64,000 nucleotides of DNA from Raillietiella orientalis (Eukaryota), in assembly GCA_036172245.1 (NCBI GenBank), contig JAYWIR010000008.1, positions 4,960,001 to 5,024,000 on the forward strand, read 5' to 3'. This document shows positions 23,560 to 35,260 of the stretch, in pieces. The notes beneath the pieces are model-generated. The model did not search any database. It had not been told where the DNA came from and was given only the letters and a program-made list of their open reading frames with translations. How positions within the stretch are numbered: position 1 is the first letter of the stretch; each line of letters begins with the position of its first letter. A program made the position numbers and the translations under genes.

Positions 23560-24180
23560 AAGCATTGGTGGGAGGCAGATGCCTCCGTTGACTGTCCGAG
23601 GTCCTTTCAGGAATCCAGGTGCCTGTTCCTTTCGGGGTTGTTCCTCTCCAGTTGTGAAAATGAAGCCGTCCATATCCTAGGGGAGGGACCCTTCATCTCG
23701 TACCATGGACCTGGTTGATACCCGCCACGGGAGGTCGCCTTCCAGTGTGTAAGGAGCGCGCTGCTCCCTCCGGGGAGCGCCCTTAAGGAAAATTTGGAAG
23801 CATCCTTTGGGGGTTCTCTTCAGAGGAGGAGGAAATATGAAGCGAATCCTTTCCAGGGGTCCTTCCGGAGAAGAAATTCCAGGAGCGGATCCTTTCCGGG
23901 TTCCTTTCAGAGAAGAAATGAGGAGTTTCTCCCCCTTCCGAGGAGTCCTTTTTTGGAGAGAATAAGGAAGAGGTTCCCTTCGGGGCTCCCTACCAAGAGT
24001 GAGAGGAACAGACTCCTTCCTGTAAAGCCTTCCTGAATTCATAGGGTTGTCCTTTAGGGGTTACCTCCTAACTAGAAGAGTCACACGCACCTTCGGGTGG
24101 CGTGGACACCGTCAAAGAGCTTCGTGAGCCGCCAGGAGGACGGCTCTTCGGTACTCAGCGAACTAAAAAAAAAAAGAAAG
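23560..24180 (+). mobile_element. Body and A-tail of the SINE-like element
   Basis: About 40-bp diverged tandem units (..CCTTTCCRGGKTCCTTCCGGAGAAGAAA..); GTCACACGCACC..GTCAAAGAGCTTCGTGAGCCGCCAGG shared with 27020-27085; A run at about 24164-24179. Confidence 0.8.
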
Positions 24181-24849
24181 TCCTCGTGCTTTCCATGGAA
24201 ACGGCAGCTAATCTCTTTCCTTTTCCTTTCTTTCTTACAGGCAGCACGCGGTCCCTCCATCTGCCGTGGCTGAGAAGTCTCTTCCGTCTCGGAGAGCAGC
24301 ATAGCGATCTGTTACTGCCGTGCTGGAGGAATCTGTCCCCGTCAACGACCTACACCGAGCGCCTCGTATCCTTCCAAAGTGCTCCCACTGATGGAATCTG
24401 TGCGCGCACTGCCCGTCTGCCACCCTCTGATGTAACCTCTCTCCGCGCTCGTAATTCCTGAACGCTAATTAGACGTCTCGTGAGATTTCGCTCCCCTTTC
24501 GGGTCAGACGACCAAATCAATCAGGGCATCATCGTTTCTGACATCGCACCGTTTCCAGCGCGATCCCGGAAGCAGCTGGAGATGCATCTCCGTGAGGTGC
24601 TGAGCAAGATGGAGCCCGTCAGACGAACTACGAACGGACGCGCTTTTTTTGGCGGGAAAGGTGGGACGGAAAAATGCCTCCGGGAATTTTAAGACACTCT
24701 CTTGCGAGGAAACCGACTCTTCGTGGAAGTTACCAAACAGCGCGAAGCTTCGCTTCTAAAGAGACACCCTGCTCTGCCATGGAAATGGGAAGCAGACCAG
24801 TTCAGGCACTGCGGGCGGGAGGTGACGACGGTTCGCTGCTTCCGTGAAC

Positions 24850-25190
24850 TGATCTGAGACGTCTGAGTGTGCTCCTCCGCGTTCCACCTCGTGCGCCTCT
24901 GTGAATCTCTTGGGCCAATTTTCCACGCCCTAGCATTAGATGTGACGTGCTTTCCAATTCTTGAAGCCTTTTCTCTCACCCGGTCAGCACAACGCCTTGG
25001 TCAAGAGACCGTGACGAAGGTGTCCCGTTTTTCAAATCGTCCCGTCATGCCTTCGCTTCGGGAGCGCAATCCCGAATCCTCCCAAACTCAAGCACATCGC
25101 CCATGTCACTCGCTCCTGTCCCAAGGGGCGACCTTTTCTGAAACTGCAGATGCGCTCCTCATCATTCAGCTTACTCTCACGAGGAGCGGG
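24850..25190 (+). mobile_element. Possible hAT relic
   Basis: HALALDV..ILE..VTKVSRFSN..LRE..HRPCHS (~AH.LDL..I/F+.NH/RP..TRF). Confidence 0.28.
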
Positions 25191-25289
25191 AGATGGAGAA
25201 CTGTCTCCTATGCACCTCCCAGGGCACAGTCTGGAGGCTGACTTTGCCGTCAGTGGTCGAAACGGTACATAATGAGGCGGTATATCTTC

Positions 25290-25612
25290 GACCATCGCTG
25301 GTGGCTGCGCCGTCAACTCTGCGCCAAAGGGACACGATTCCTTGATCAGCCACGCTGGGGTCGGGGTTCGAGCCCGCAACGCTTGGCGCCGCGGGTTCGA
25401 ACCCCACACGGGGAAGGACCGACTCCAGAGAAATGGGGAGGTGCGTTGTGGATTTCGAGTCCCCTCCACCCGCAGGATGACACTGGGTGGTTGGCTTATT
25501 TAGGTGCGGTACTGGGGGAAGCCGGATGACCCCCTTGACTGGACGGAATATCAAGGAGCCGGTTTCCTTCGGGGTTCCTCTCCGGTTGTGCAAATGGAGC
25601 CGTCCTCCCCTT
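25290..25612 (+). mobile_element. tRNA-headed SINE-like element, 5' part, with empty LINE target
   Basis: B-box-like GGTTCGAGCCC (25365), GGTTCGAACCC (25394) and GATTTCGAGTCC (25451); target GGTGCGGTACTGG at 25503-25515. Confidence 0.75.
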
Positions 25613-25997
25613 CCGAAGGGCCGACCTGAAGGGAGCAGCGCGCTTCTTACACTCTGGAGAGGCAACCGCCTTGGGATGACTCGCTTCGGGGTTCCTCCAA
25701 CGGAACCCCGAAGGGAACCGGCTCCTTGATACCTGGAAGGACCCCAGGGGATCTACTTCCAATCCCGGCCAGTCAATGGGAACATGCGGGGGTTTCCGGC
25801 TTTCACCAGTGCCGCACTCGGAGCCTACAGCTTAACCAGCATCACCCTGCAAAACCTACGACGCATCCCCCGTTTCTCTGGAGTCGATCCTACCCCAGAC
25901 GGGATTCGAACCTGCACCACTTGGCGCCGCGCGCGGATGCCGCAGCCACGCGGAGGCCAGAGCGCACGTGTGGCTGCGGTCACCAGTAGAATTGGCC
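25613..25997 (-). mobile_element. tRNA-headed SINE-like element, opposite orientation, with empty LINE target
   Basis: Canonical B box GGTTCGAATCC on the minus strand (25902-25912); target ACCAGTGCCGCACT at 25805-25818. Confidence 0.75.
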
Positions 25998-27019
25998 TAT
26001 GGTCACGTCCAGGAAGAGTTCGTGTCCCATCTTTAAAATCTCCTCCTCTCATTCCCCTCGCAGCTGCCAAGGATTCCAGCTTCCCGCTCGGCGCCTTTTC
26101 TTTGTTTCCTGAGCCAATGAGGCAGAGAGGCTCAGGGTGAACGGCCGGTGCGCGTCTCGGCGTTCCTGGCGTTCCGTCGGTGGGAGCTCTTCAAGTTTGT
26201 CCCCTCTCAAGTTGCTGTTCGCCTGCGTCACGGGAGCCGCGCGAGGCGCCGAGGCCACGGTCGGTGCTCAACGAACGCAGGATGAAACGGGAAGATTCCG
26301 CGGAATCGACGGTTCCTCGAGCGACGAATCCCGTGGGCGGCTGGCGCGACGAGAGCAACCAGCTCTCCCGCGTGCGCGCGTAGCTGCGGCAAGAGCCTTG
26401 ACGTCGACCAAGACATGAGAGTCGGGTCCATCCGTTCTCAGGCGCGAGCCGAGCTCTTGCAACCGACGGACCCTCCCGCAAGATTCCCCGCGGAATTCGC
26501 TTCTTCGTGGGCGTCGATACTCCAAACTCAGTCTCTGAAAGCCTCTGACGGATGACTCAGGGAGCAGGGAGCGGTCGCGTTTGATGGCGCCGTCTTTGTT
26601 TTTTGTTTTTTTTTCCCATCCGGCTGTTCCCATTTCCTTCCTTCGTGCTCTCGGGAGGAGTGCGACGCACAGAGGAGGAAAACAAATCCTCGCTCTCCGA
26701 CTGTCACGAGGAAAGCGTTCGGGTCACCTGGACTCTTTCTCACAGGTCTGCTGGCCTCTACAGGCGACCGGCCGCCCCTTCCCGTGGATTTCGATCCCCG
26801 CTGCGTGAGGAACGCGCAAGTGACACGGCACCGTTGCTAGCCAGCGAGGCCCGTGTCAGAGGAGTCCGCCTCCATCTAGTCTCCTGAAAGTCTTTCCTTA
26901 AAGCAGCCCCGAGGTTCACTTAGCTGTCTGCTCACCTTCAGTCGCAGGTGAACGTAATGTACCAGGGCGAAGCACCTGAGAAAACACCTTCCCGGGCTTC
27001 ACCAACCACTCCCGAACCG

Positions 27020-28275
27020 TCCGCCTGGCGGCTCACGAAGCTCTTTGACGCTATCCACGCCGCCATCCTAGGGTGCGTGTGACTCCAAGTTAGGGGGGGC
27101 GTCGCCAGAGGGACCGCCTTTCGAATCCAGGAAGGTTCCGGAGCAAGGGGTCCGTTCCTCTCACGCTTAGGAGGGAACCCTGAAGGGAGCCACCTCTTCC
27201 TTATCCTCTCCGGAAGGACCCCCATAGGAAGGGAGGAACTCGTCGTTTCTTCTCCGGAGGAATCCCCTGGCAAGCATCCGCTCCCTGTTTCCTCCTCCTC
27301 CGAAGGGAACTTCGAAGGGACGCTTTCCCATTTCTGTAGAGGGCCTCCTCGAAGGAAGCAGCGTGCTTCTTCACATTCTGGAGAGGCAACCCCCCGAGGG
27401 GCATCAACCAGCTCCATGGTATGCGATGGGGGATAGGGGTGGCTCCTTGGTCCCTGGAAGGACCCCAGGAGAATCAACTTCCAATCCTGGCCACTCAACG
27501 GAGGCATCCAGGGGTTCGCGGCTTCCACCAGTGCCGCACCGACCCCTTTGGGGACGCTTGGCCAGGACCCTTGGAACCCCCGGAGGCAACGCCAGACATG
27601 TTTGAAAGCGCCTCTTCCTGGGCAACGCCCTCTCACCGGTCGCATCCTCAGCAGCACTTTGGTGCCCACGCGGCGGGACCGTGGCGGCTGCATGGAGCAG
27701 CAACGCCAGAGGAGGCCAGGACGACAGGGACGCCATCTATTTTGCTGTCCTCTTCATGAGGACAGCGTCAAGATAGCCCCATCTGGGGACCATAAAACAG
27801 GGCATCCTTACAGGGATGCAGAGGACACCCTCCAGCACACAGTGATCCCTTCTTGAACTCCCCTCCCCCATTTTTTGGCCTCATGTTTTGTTTTGTTTTT
27901 TTCTTTTTTCGTTTGCCTCCCTTCTGTGTGGCCAAGGCGAACCCGTCTGTTCTGCTTGCCGGTTCCCGGCAGGTTCCTTTTCGTATTCATAAGTAATGTG
28001 ACGGAATCAAATGCCCTGCCACAGGCATGTAGGTATAGAAAGAAACACCCCGGCGTGACCGGGTGTCAACCAGTGCCGCACCCGAAGCCAACCGAGGCCA
28101 ACCAGAGGCATCCTGCGGGGGGGGAGGGGGTGACTCGAACCCAAGGTTCACAGCCCATTCTCGACGTCGCCCCTTTCCCGGATGGAATTCGAACCTGCGA
28201 AGTTTGGTGCCGCGCGCGGAGGCCGCAGACACGCGGCTGTCAAGCCGGACTTCGCCCATGAGCTACCAGTAAGTA
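27020..28275 (-). mobile_element. Near full-length tRNA-headed SINE-like element split by a LINE insertion
   Basis: A-box-like TGGTAGCTCATGG (about 28257-28269), B boxes at 28184-28195 and 28131-28142, body 27020-27540; removing 27541-28082 restores the empty-site sequence. Confidence 0.8.
27541..28068 (+). mobile_element. 5'-truncated LINE family A insertion with 14-bp TSD
   Basis: Homologous to 11825-12376; flanked by ACCAGTGCCGCACC at 27527-27540 and 28069-28082. Confidence 0.9.
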
Positions 28276-29999
28276 GGGCCTTCTCTGCTTTAGAATGTCG
28301 CTCTTAGGATGGGTTGAAGGCGCAGCATCAACCATCATCTTCGAGGCTGAAAACCTCATTGCTCTTTGCGCGAGCATTGGAATCCTGAAACAGCACCAAT
28401 CAGACTTACAAGGAGGAATGCAACGGATAATCCAGAGACTCCGACATGTACCATTCGGTCACGTGATTGAGAGATCACGTGGGCGCGAAACAACCGAGCT
28501 CGCGTTCTTTGCCCCTCCCCCCCGATGATCGGAATCCCCACTGCTGTCCTCGAGGAAATTCACCATCAGCCGATCCATGGGGACGACGAACTGAACATGA
28601 AAGAGAAACGGAGCAGCTACGGTGATGGTTGCTGCATTCTTCGCTGCTTCTTCCACCGGAACGGGCTTGCCGGCAAACTGGTGTGGTGGGCATCCCCTCC
28701 ACAGAAGCGAAGGCCCCCTCTCCCCATGTCTTTTCGGCAAGCATAACAGCTGGTGGGGACGGAAAGGAGCAGCACTTGGCTTGGAAGATGCCGAGCGTTC
28801 GAGAGGAAAGGGGGAGGGAGGGGGGGGGGGCAGCCGCCGTGAAGAGGCAAACACGGGCGGTCGTGCGCGCAACGGCGGCAACACGCGGACGACGGAGCGA
28901 ACGCGAGAAACGCCCGCACGCGCGATATGGCGGATGTCGCGAACCTCGAGGCTTTCCCGCGCGGACTTTGCCAGAGAAAACGTGGCGTGAAAGCGTCCAT
29001 GCTCTTCCCGATCGCCAAAGAGCAGCAGAAGGCTATCCGACTTTCCCTTTGTAACGCAAGCCCATTTCCTTTGATGCCCGCAGTATTCACTCCGCCCTCC
29101 CTCCTTTCGGTGATTGAATACGTTTAGAAAGGAAGAAAGAAACGGTATCGAGGAGCGTTGCAAAGTTTCCTCTTTCTGGAAAGGAGTCACGGTCGCGTCT
29201 CTGGACCGAATGATGGAAACGGTGATCGAACACGGTCGCACGCATACACAGCAGGCACGCCGCGACGGCCCGTTGCGCGGGTTGCTATGGAGGCGGAATT
29301 CCCGCGCAACAATGCTGATAGCCTAAAACGGAACGCTCCCCAGCCTCAGTCTTCGTGTTTCCATGAGCACGCGGTTTGGGGTGCTGCAAACAGCTCGGTG
29401 GCTCTGGAAACGCCTTCTCTCCCTTCCGTCCTATTCCAAGCACCGCGCCAGAATTTCACCCCGTGCGCAGGCATGATGGATAGAGCTGTTCCCGAGTTCC
29501 AATGGAAGAATTTCCCTGCTGAACAAAAGTGGCTGCATTTAATTTGTAGACCTCAGGTTGAACTCGGGTTTTCGGAAGAATGATCAATCTCCTCAAGATT
29601 TGGTTTGCTAGGAAACGGAACGATAGCGGGGCAGGGCGCGATCCGTTCACACGTCGTACCCCCCCCCCCCTTCTGCTCTCCCCCTACCGCGTTCCGTTTC
29701 TTTCCAAAGTGAATTTTTGCTTGCACTTCCGATAAGCAAATACACGGATGAAGAAGAATTTTCCGGCTGCGCATCCTGCTGGGCACGGATCCGGGTTTGC
29801 TGTTCCTCCTGCGTTCTCTTACCAGAGAGGAGCAGTAGAGAGTCCGAGATGCGTTTCCGCGTCGGCTTCTACTCGTGCAGGCACATCTGTCGCCGGAGCG
29901 AAAACGATGTGCGAAAATATGGCACCATTATTATTCTGCCATCCTGACGTATTTTTCGTTACTCCAGGTGTATCGCTACTGAAAATTCAGCTTCCATAT

Positions 30000-30620
30000 G
30001 CTGGCAGTACAGAATTCTCCGTGCAGCTCTGCTCCGTGTTAAGAGGACTCCCGAGAAATTCGAGATTGCTTATTGGATTATTCTCGTTAATGGAGGGGCT
30101 CAGGTCTTGCCAGTTCTGTATGTTGTAAGCGATTCGTTTTCTAAATCGAGGTTTCCCATGGTCTAAGGGTGCGGACACACGGAAACACTCCTGAGCGTTC
30201 ATGGGTGCGCGAGTGCATCGGACACGACATCTCAGAATAATGTGGAAATCGTACTGCTGGGGGCACCATTCTTTGCTGGACATTGTGAAGAACATTTTAT
30301 CTTCGTTTCCAGGGTCTGCGAGGAACTGGCTGCTCAAGCGATAGAGAGATGTCTCTGCCTTTTGAGCATTGGATCCAGAATTGCCCCTCGAAGTCTTCCT
30401 CGTGAACAGGAGCAGTTCGTTTGGAGATCTCTTTTCTTAGCCAGAGTCCAAACGACTCGGATACTGTGTGTCCTCTCGGCTGTTGCCAAGCACGTGACAG
30501 TAGCGATGGAAACGTCTTCTCGTCGAAAAGAAATCCCCCTTGCCACCTGAATGTGGTTCATGGAATTACGGTGGCCATCAGAAGACCGAAAACAAATTCA
30601 TTGCTAGGCAAACTAAAATA
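30000..30620 (-). mobile_element. hAT transposase relic (central region)
   Basis: FTMSSKEW followed by RIAYNIQNWQDLSPSINENNPISNL (~M+.S.EW ... FW.D+......PI..L). Confidence 0.45.
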
Positions 30621-30947
30621 AGGAAGCTGAGTGGTCCTTTGTGGGCGAGGACGCAGCGGCGACCCAACCGCAGAGAATGACACTTTTCGAAACCAAAGAT
30701 GCAGAGCTCGTCGAGCGACCATCTCAGGAAAACTTGAACAGAACGCTCCTTATACGTCCTTATGCATCTGATCCTCGAGGCCCGGACCGTGAAAAATGTT
30801 TGCGCATCGTAAGACCGGAGCTCTCAGTTTTGGTCGCAGTGCATGCCAAGCTGCATGAAGCATCTGGCAACTTAGAGCAGCTCCGGTTCCTTAGCCTTCT
30901 CCCAGAAAACTCGAATGGACTCAATCAGAACCCAGGCCGTCTCGCAT

Positions 30948-31095
30948 GCTTTCCTCCAGGACTACTGCCCCTCTGTTCCTCCACGAGTTTTGTTCCTCCA
31001 GGATTTCTGTTCCTCTGCTTTCCCAGGATTGCTGCCCCCCTGTTCCTCCAAGGGTTTTGTTGCTCTGTTCCTCCAGGATTTGTGTTCCCTTGGAT
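30948..31095. repeat. Imperfect minisatellite, core TGTTCCTCCAGGATTT
   Basis: About 7-8 degenerate copies of TGTTCCTCCA(G/A)GG. Confidence 0.8.
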
Positions 31096-31559
31096 ATCAC
31101 ACGGAACCACCTCTCCTCGTCTCAGAACACGATCTCTTGTCTGGATTCTTTCACTGAAGGGGGCACCTTCAGTGAAGAAGTCCCTTCTGTGAAAGAACGT
31201 CGGAGCGATCCGTCTGAGGACGACGAAGCTCAAGCGTTCGTCGAACGCGCCGCCCTCATCCCTGTCTTCCTGAAGTTCCCCTTTTTCACGTCTGCAGCAA
31301 ATTTTCGAATCTTCAGATCACGACGATGGTTTAGATCCTTCCTTATTCTGGGGGTCGTCGTCCCGTGAACCTCGATGGTGACTTGAAGTTCGGAGTAGCC
31401 TCTCCCGACCGCCTAAAAGTCCAGATTTGGAGAACGCACGCGAGCATTCTCTTTCCGGAGCCTTGTCGGGAGTAGGAGTAGCGGAAGCAGCAAGGAAGGC
31501 CGGAGTCTGCGGAGTCTGCGGTGCTGCGGAGTCTGGGTGTTCCCCGCGGTGCAGCCTCC

Positions 31560-33250
31560 ACGAGTTCCAAGACGCGAAGCCTTGTAACTCGTGGGGGTCG
31601 GACTGAGCTTCCGTAACGCACCTCTCCCCTCCCTTCGTCCTCTCGACAGGACGCAGGAGTGGTTCCCATAGCAGCACGCACGAGTTCTCCAATGTCCTCT
31701 GCGGACGGGAAATTCAACTTCCGGAATCGAAGGCACACGCGTTTGTTGACCCACTGGGCAACCTTCTCCGTGACTGCCAGTTCTTGTTGTAGCTCCTGGC
31801 GAACTTCGGACACAACTGTTTCATCCGCGAATTCAGAGTCAGGTGACGGTCTGGAGACTGTGAGGAGCCTATTCCTTGCATGCCTGCGGGATACATGGAC
31901 ACACACGGGGGCGCTTCGGCTCCCTCCGATCCCTTTCCAATAATCCTCTCCGTCTTGGGTGACCAAGCGAAGCCGCAAGGGGTTCTCTCGATCGTCTCTT
32001 GTTCGTCCCGTCCCGCGACCTCGTCCTCATGCGCAACGCTATGGGCTTGGGCAGCTCTGCCACCACCACCGCCATTACCCTGTCAGCCGCCACCACAAGA
32101 CGGGTGAGCGAGGGACAGAGCAAACAGGCCGGCGCCCTCATCGGGAGGAAACGGTCTGTTTGCCTTGAGGTATCCAGGACGACGACGGCAGAAGCTGAGG
32201 AAGGCGAGTGATCCGTCTAGTGGCACCCGGGTCCCTCATTGTGGGCCGAAGCCAGGATCTGTGGGATCTTCAGGCGTTACCGCCGGCACTTGACCCCACG
32301 CGAAAAGGAGGAGACCGTAAGGCGTCCACAAGACGGAAACTAGCAGCATCGGATTGACCTCAGCGCCCCCCTGGCGGTCAGGCTGCCCGTATCCCTCCTT
32401 TGCGGACTCGCAGGGAAACCTTCGAGCCCTTCGGGGAAAGTCTCCCACCTCGGCCCTTCGTCCAGGCCGGCCATCTTGCTGGTTCGTGGCTGTTCTCTCC
32501 TGCGGAGCTGCTGCTTCCCAGCACTCTGCGCCATCACCAGCACTCCGGGAGCTCAGTCCCCCTCCCCGCGTCCCTGCGTCCCACTCCCTACCAAAGGCCC
32601 ACTTAGGCAAGCCCCGCGAGACGTCGTCTGGTCGCTGGTTCCATTCGCCGCACGTCTTCTTCCTCTTTCCTTCTGAATTGCCGTCCGGACTCTTCCCGCT
32701 CATCGCTCTGCGGATCCCGAAGTCAGCGTCCCTTCCAGAAAGCATCGGTTCTTCCGACTCCTGTACGGTTTCTTCGTCCCCTATGGGTTGATCAGTGCCG
32801 GGAGCAGCAGTCACCCGTCCGCTGCAAGCTGCTTCCGACGGTCCTCCACTCGACTCTGAAGGCTCCCTTAGGTGGGGCTCCTTCACTTGAGACACGTCGC
32901 ACGCGGTCTTCCCTCGACGCGTCCCTCAGTTCTTCTCATGCGGCGACCTCGAGGTTCACTTTCTTGCCAGTCCGCTGTCTCCGGAAAGACCATCTCTTCC
33001 TCTCCATCCTTCTTGCCCTTGCCGAAGAGGCCATGCGTGTGGAGAGCCGCGGCACCCGGGGAAACACCGCTCTTCCATGCCTCACGGGCTTCATGCACAG
33101 AGTCCCTCTAGTGACTCTGAGAAAACCTCGTGCGATGACCCTCGGTCGAGGAGGAGGAGGAGACTTCCTTCCAGCGTCCCCTCGAACGCAAATCCTCGCC
33201 ATCCCCTCCAATGCGAGCGCTCTATCGATTCCCGTCGCACCGAGGCAGCT
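31560..33250 (-). mobile_element. Possible LINE ORF1 (gag-like) relics
   Basis: RLRLVTQDGEDYW..RNRLLTV..DETVVSEVRQEL has an RRM-like pattern, next to disordered E/S/R-rich frames; no knuckle seen. Confidence 0.3.
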
Positions 33251-33319
33251 CCCCGGGTAGCTTGTCGCCAGGAGGGCGGGAGCCGGCCGCTCCCCGTTAG
33301 CCTCCGCCACTGACATGCA

Positions 33320-34330
33320 CCCTCGGGGACCGCCGCGTCTCGGATTTCCCAGGCTCTTCGCAGGCGATGCTCATTGCAGCTCTCAGAAGGACAGCAAAGA
33401 ACATCTGTGCAAACCTTCCGATCTCCCGTCGCCCCCAGAACTGGGTTGCCTGGCAACAGGCGCCATTGGAAGCCGCTCTGGAAGTGGGCCCAAAAGAACT
33501 GCGTACGCTGCAGGAATCTCTAAGCGAACTGCTAGGAGACCTCCTGCAGGACTCCTGCGGAGCAAGGACTGCCAGATCCTCCCGGAGAAGAAATGGTCCT
33601 TCCCCGGATCCAGCGCGTGGCAGCTCGTGAAAGGGACTCAGAGAAAACAATGGCAGCAGCCAGTGGGCGGGGTGCAAGGCCTCCTGCAAAACTGCAGAAG
33701 TCCAGAAGCTCCTCGACGGCTGCGAACCGAGCGCATCGGTGGACGGCGACACTTCTCGTTCCCGGGCGAAGGGACTCCTTCGGTGGAGCGACCTGCTAGG
33801 TGTGCCTCCCCTCGGAGAATTGCGCTCTCTCTCCCCTTCCTGTGTGCGGACACCTCCGTGTTCCCGCTCCGCTGGAAACGGCCAGGATGCTCTGCTGTCT
33901 CTGCAGCGAGCGGATTCTGGTACACCCGGCGCAGGCACCTGCTTCACCGAGACAGTCGCCTCCCCGAACCGTTCCAGCTGAGGGAGCGATCCCGCATCGC
34001 CCGCTGGACTGCGGAGCCTTGGAGCAACACGTGACGGAGACTCGCCTCGGCGGTCCGCCAGCCTCAGGGCACCGCCGTGGACTTGCCGCGAGGCTTCTTC
34101 ATGCAAGGTGGGCAGGCGATGGTACCGCTGCATCCGCGACATCGCCGCAGCCCGCTCCGTGGCGGGGTCTCGTTTGAGACGGAGGGAGGAGGTTAATCCG
34201 GCCTGGCGTCCGCCTCGACGAAGACGGCTCTACCAGGTGGACTCGCCTGCGAGGAGGAGTCGGCAAGGAGACCTCCACCACAGAGTCGGTTTTAGGAGCC
34301 ACGACCTTTCGCTACCCCCTCCTGCTGCAC
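33320..34330 (+). mobile_element. LINE family B post-RT to C-terminus
   Basis: SVFPLRWK, IPHRPLDCGALEQ and RCIRDI, homologous to 9410-9900. Confidence 0.65.
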
Positions 34331-34589
34331 TCGCTCTGCCTTCCCGATAAAGGACGGACGGTTTCACAGGATTCTACCACCACCATTCTACCACTGTGGT
34401 GTTTTGTTTTGTTTTTCGAAGGGCTGCTGCAACTGCCACGACAATTCCGAAGGCAAATTTCTTAAAGAGTTTTCCCGGGAATTCCCTCTTGCTTGCTCGT
34501 GTGACGCGAGCCCTGGCACTGGCATTCAGCGGCGCTACTGGGAATTCCCGGGGGAAGATCTCGAGTGGCCCCCAGTGCTTCGGAACATT

Positions 34590-35260
34590 CACACCCTCAG
34601 TCTCAAGTGATGGGAGTCGGCTCTTTTGCTGTTGTACTGGGGCCTCCCATGCAACGCAGCTGCCGGCATCGCGGACTCAGGGGGGAGGGAGAGAAGTGAG
34701 CTCCGAGCTGCAGCAGGTTCGGAGAGCGAGGACCCTGTCCGCACCTGCTTGAGGACTGTGCTGCTCTTCGGCCCTTTCGGCCCCCTGCGGATGCAACTCC
34801 GGAGACTCCTCTTCCTGCGCGATGCCCCCCCAGAGGCTCTCTGCTGCCTCCGTGGGACTGTGGCTGCCTGGAGCGCCGCGAGAGAGGCGAGAACGACAGG
34901 GATCCACTTTTTGGTGCGTTTCATGAGGGTGGCATCGAGGTGGCTCCATCTGGGAAGCACGCAACCCGAACTTGCCTCTGATGGGTGCAGATGATGCCCC
35001 AGAGCTGACACCGGCCCCTTCCCCAAGCTCCCCGAATTTTCTTCTATTTCTTTAATTTTGATTTTTTTCTTATTTCACTTTTTATTTTGTTTGCTCCTCC
35101 CCAAACTCTGCTGCCGAGGAGACCCCCGCCGGTCTGCGTTCCGGCATCTCGGCAGGTTCTTCAACCAGTGGCCGTGGCAGGAGCTGCAGTCCTACCACAC
35201 TCACTGCCTTTTCATGTTTATCGTTTGCAACAAACGTCCCTGGGACAATCGGTTGAGAAG
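34590..35260 (+). mobile_element. LINE family A 3' end
   Basis: LLYWGLPCNA, PHLLEDC, ALCCLRGTVAAWSAAREAR..VASRWLHL, T tract and 3' UTR module (35111-35159). Confidence 0.8.

Noticed and set aside
23790..24040. About 40-bp periodic, partly palindromic units as a CRISPR array
   Set aside because: The units are diverged tandem copies without unique spacers, no cas genes are present and the context is eukaryotic TE DNA.
25360..25470. Functional tRNA genes
   Set aside because: Only T-arm/B-box motifs are present; I could not build an acceptor stem or cloverleaf.
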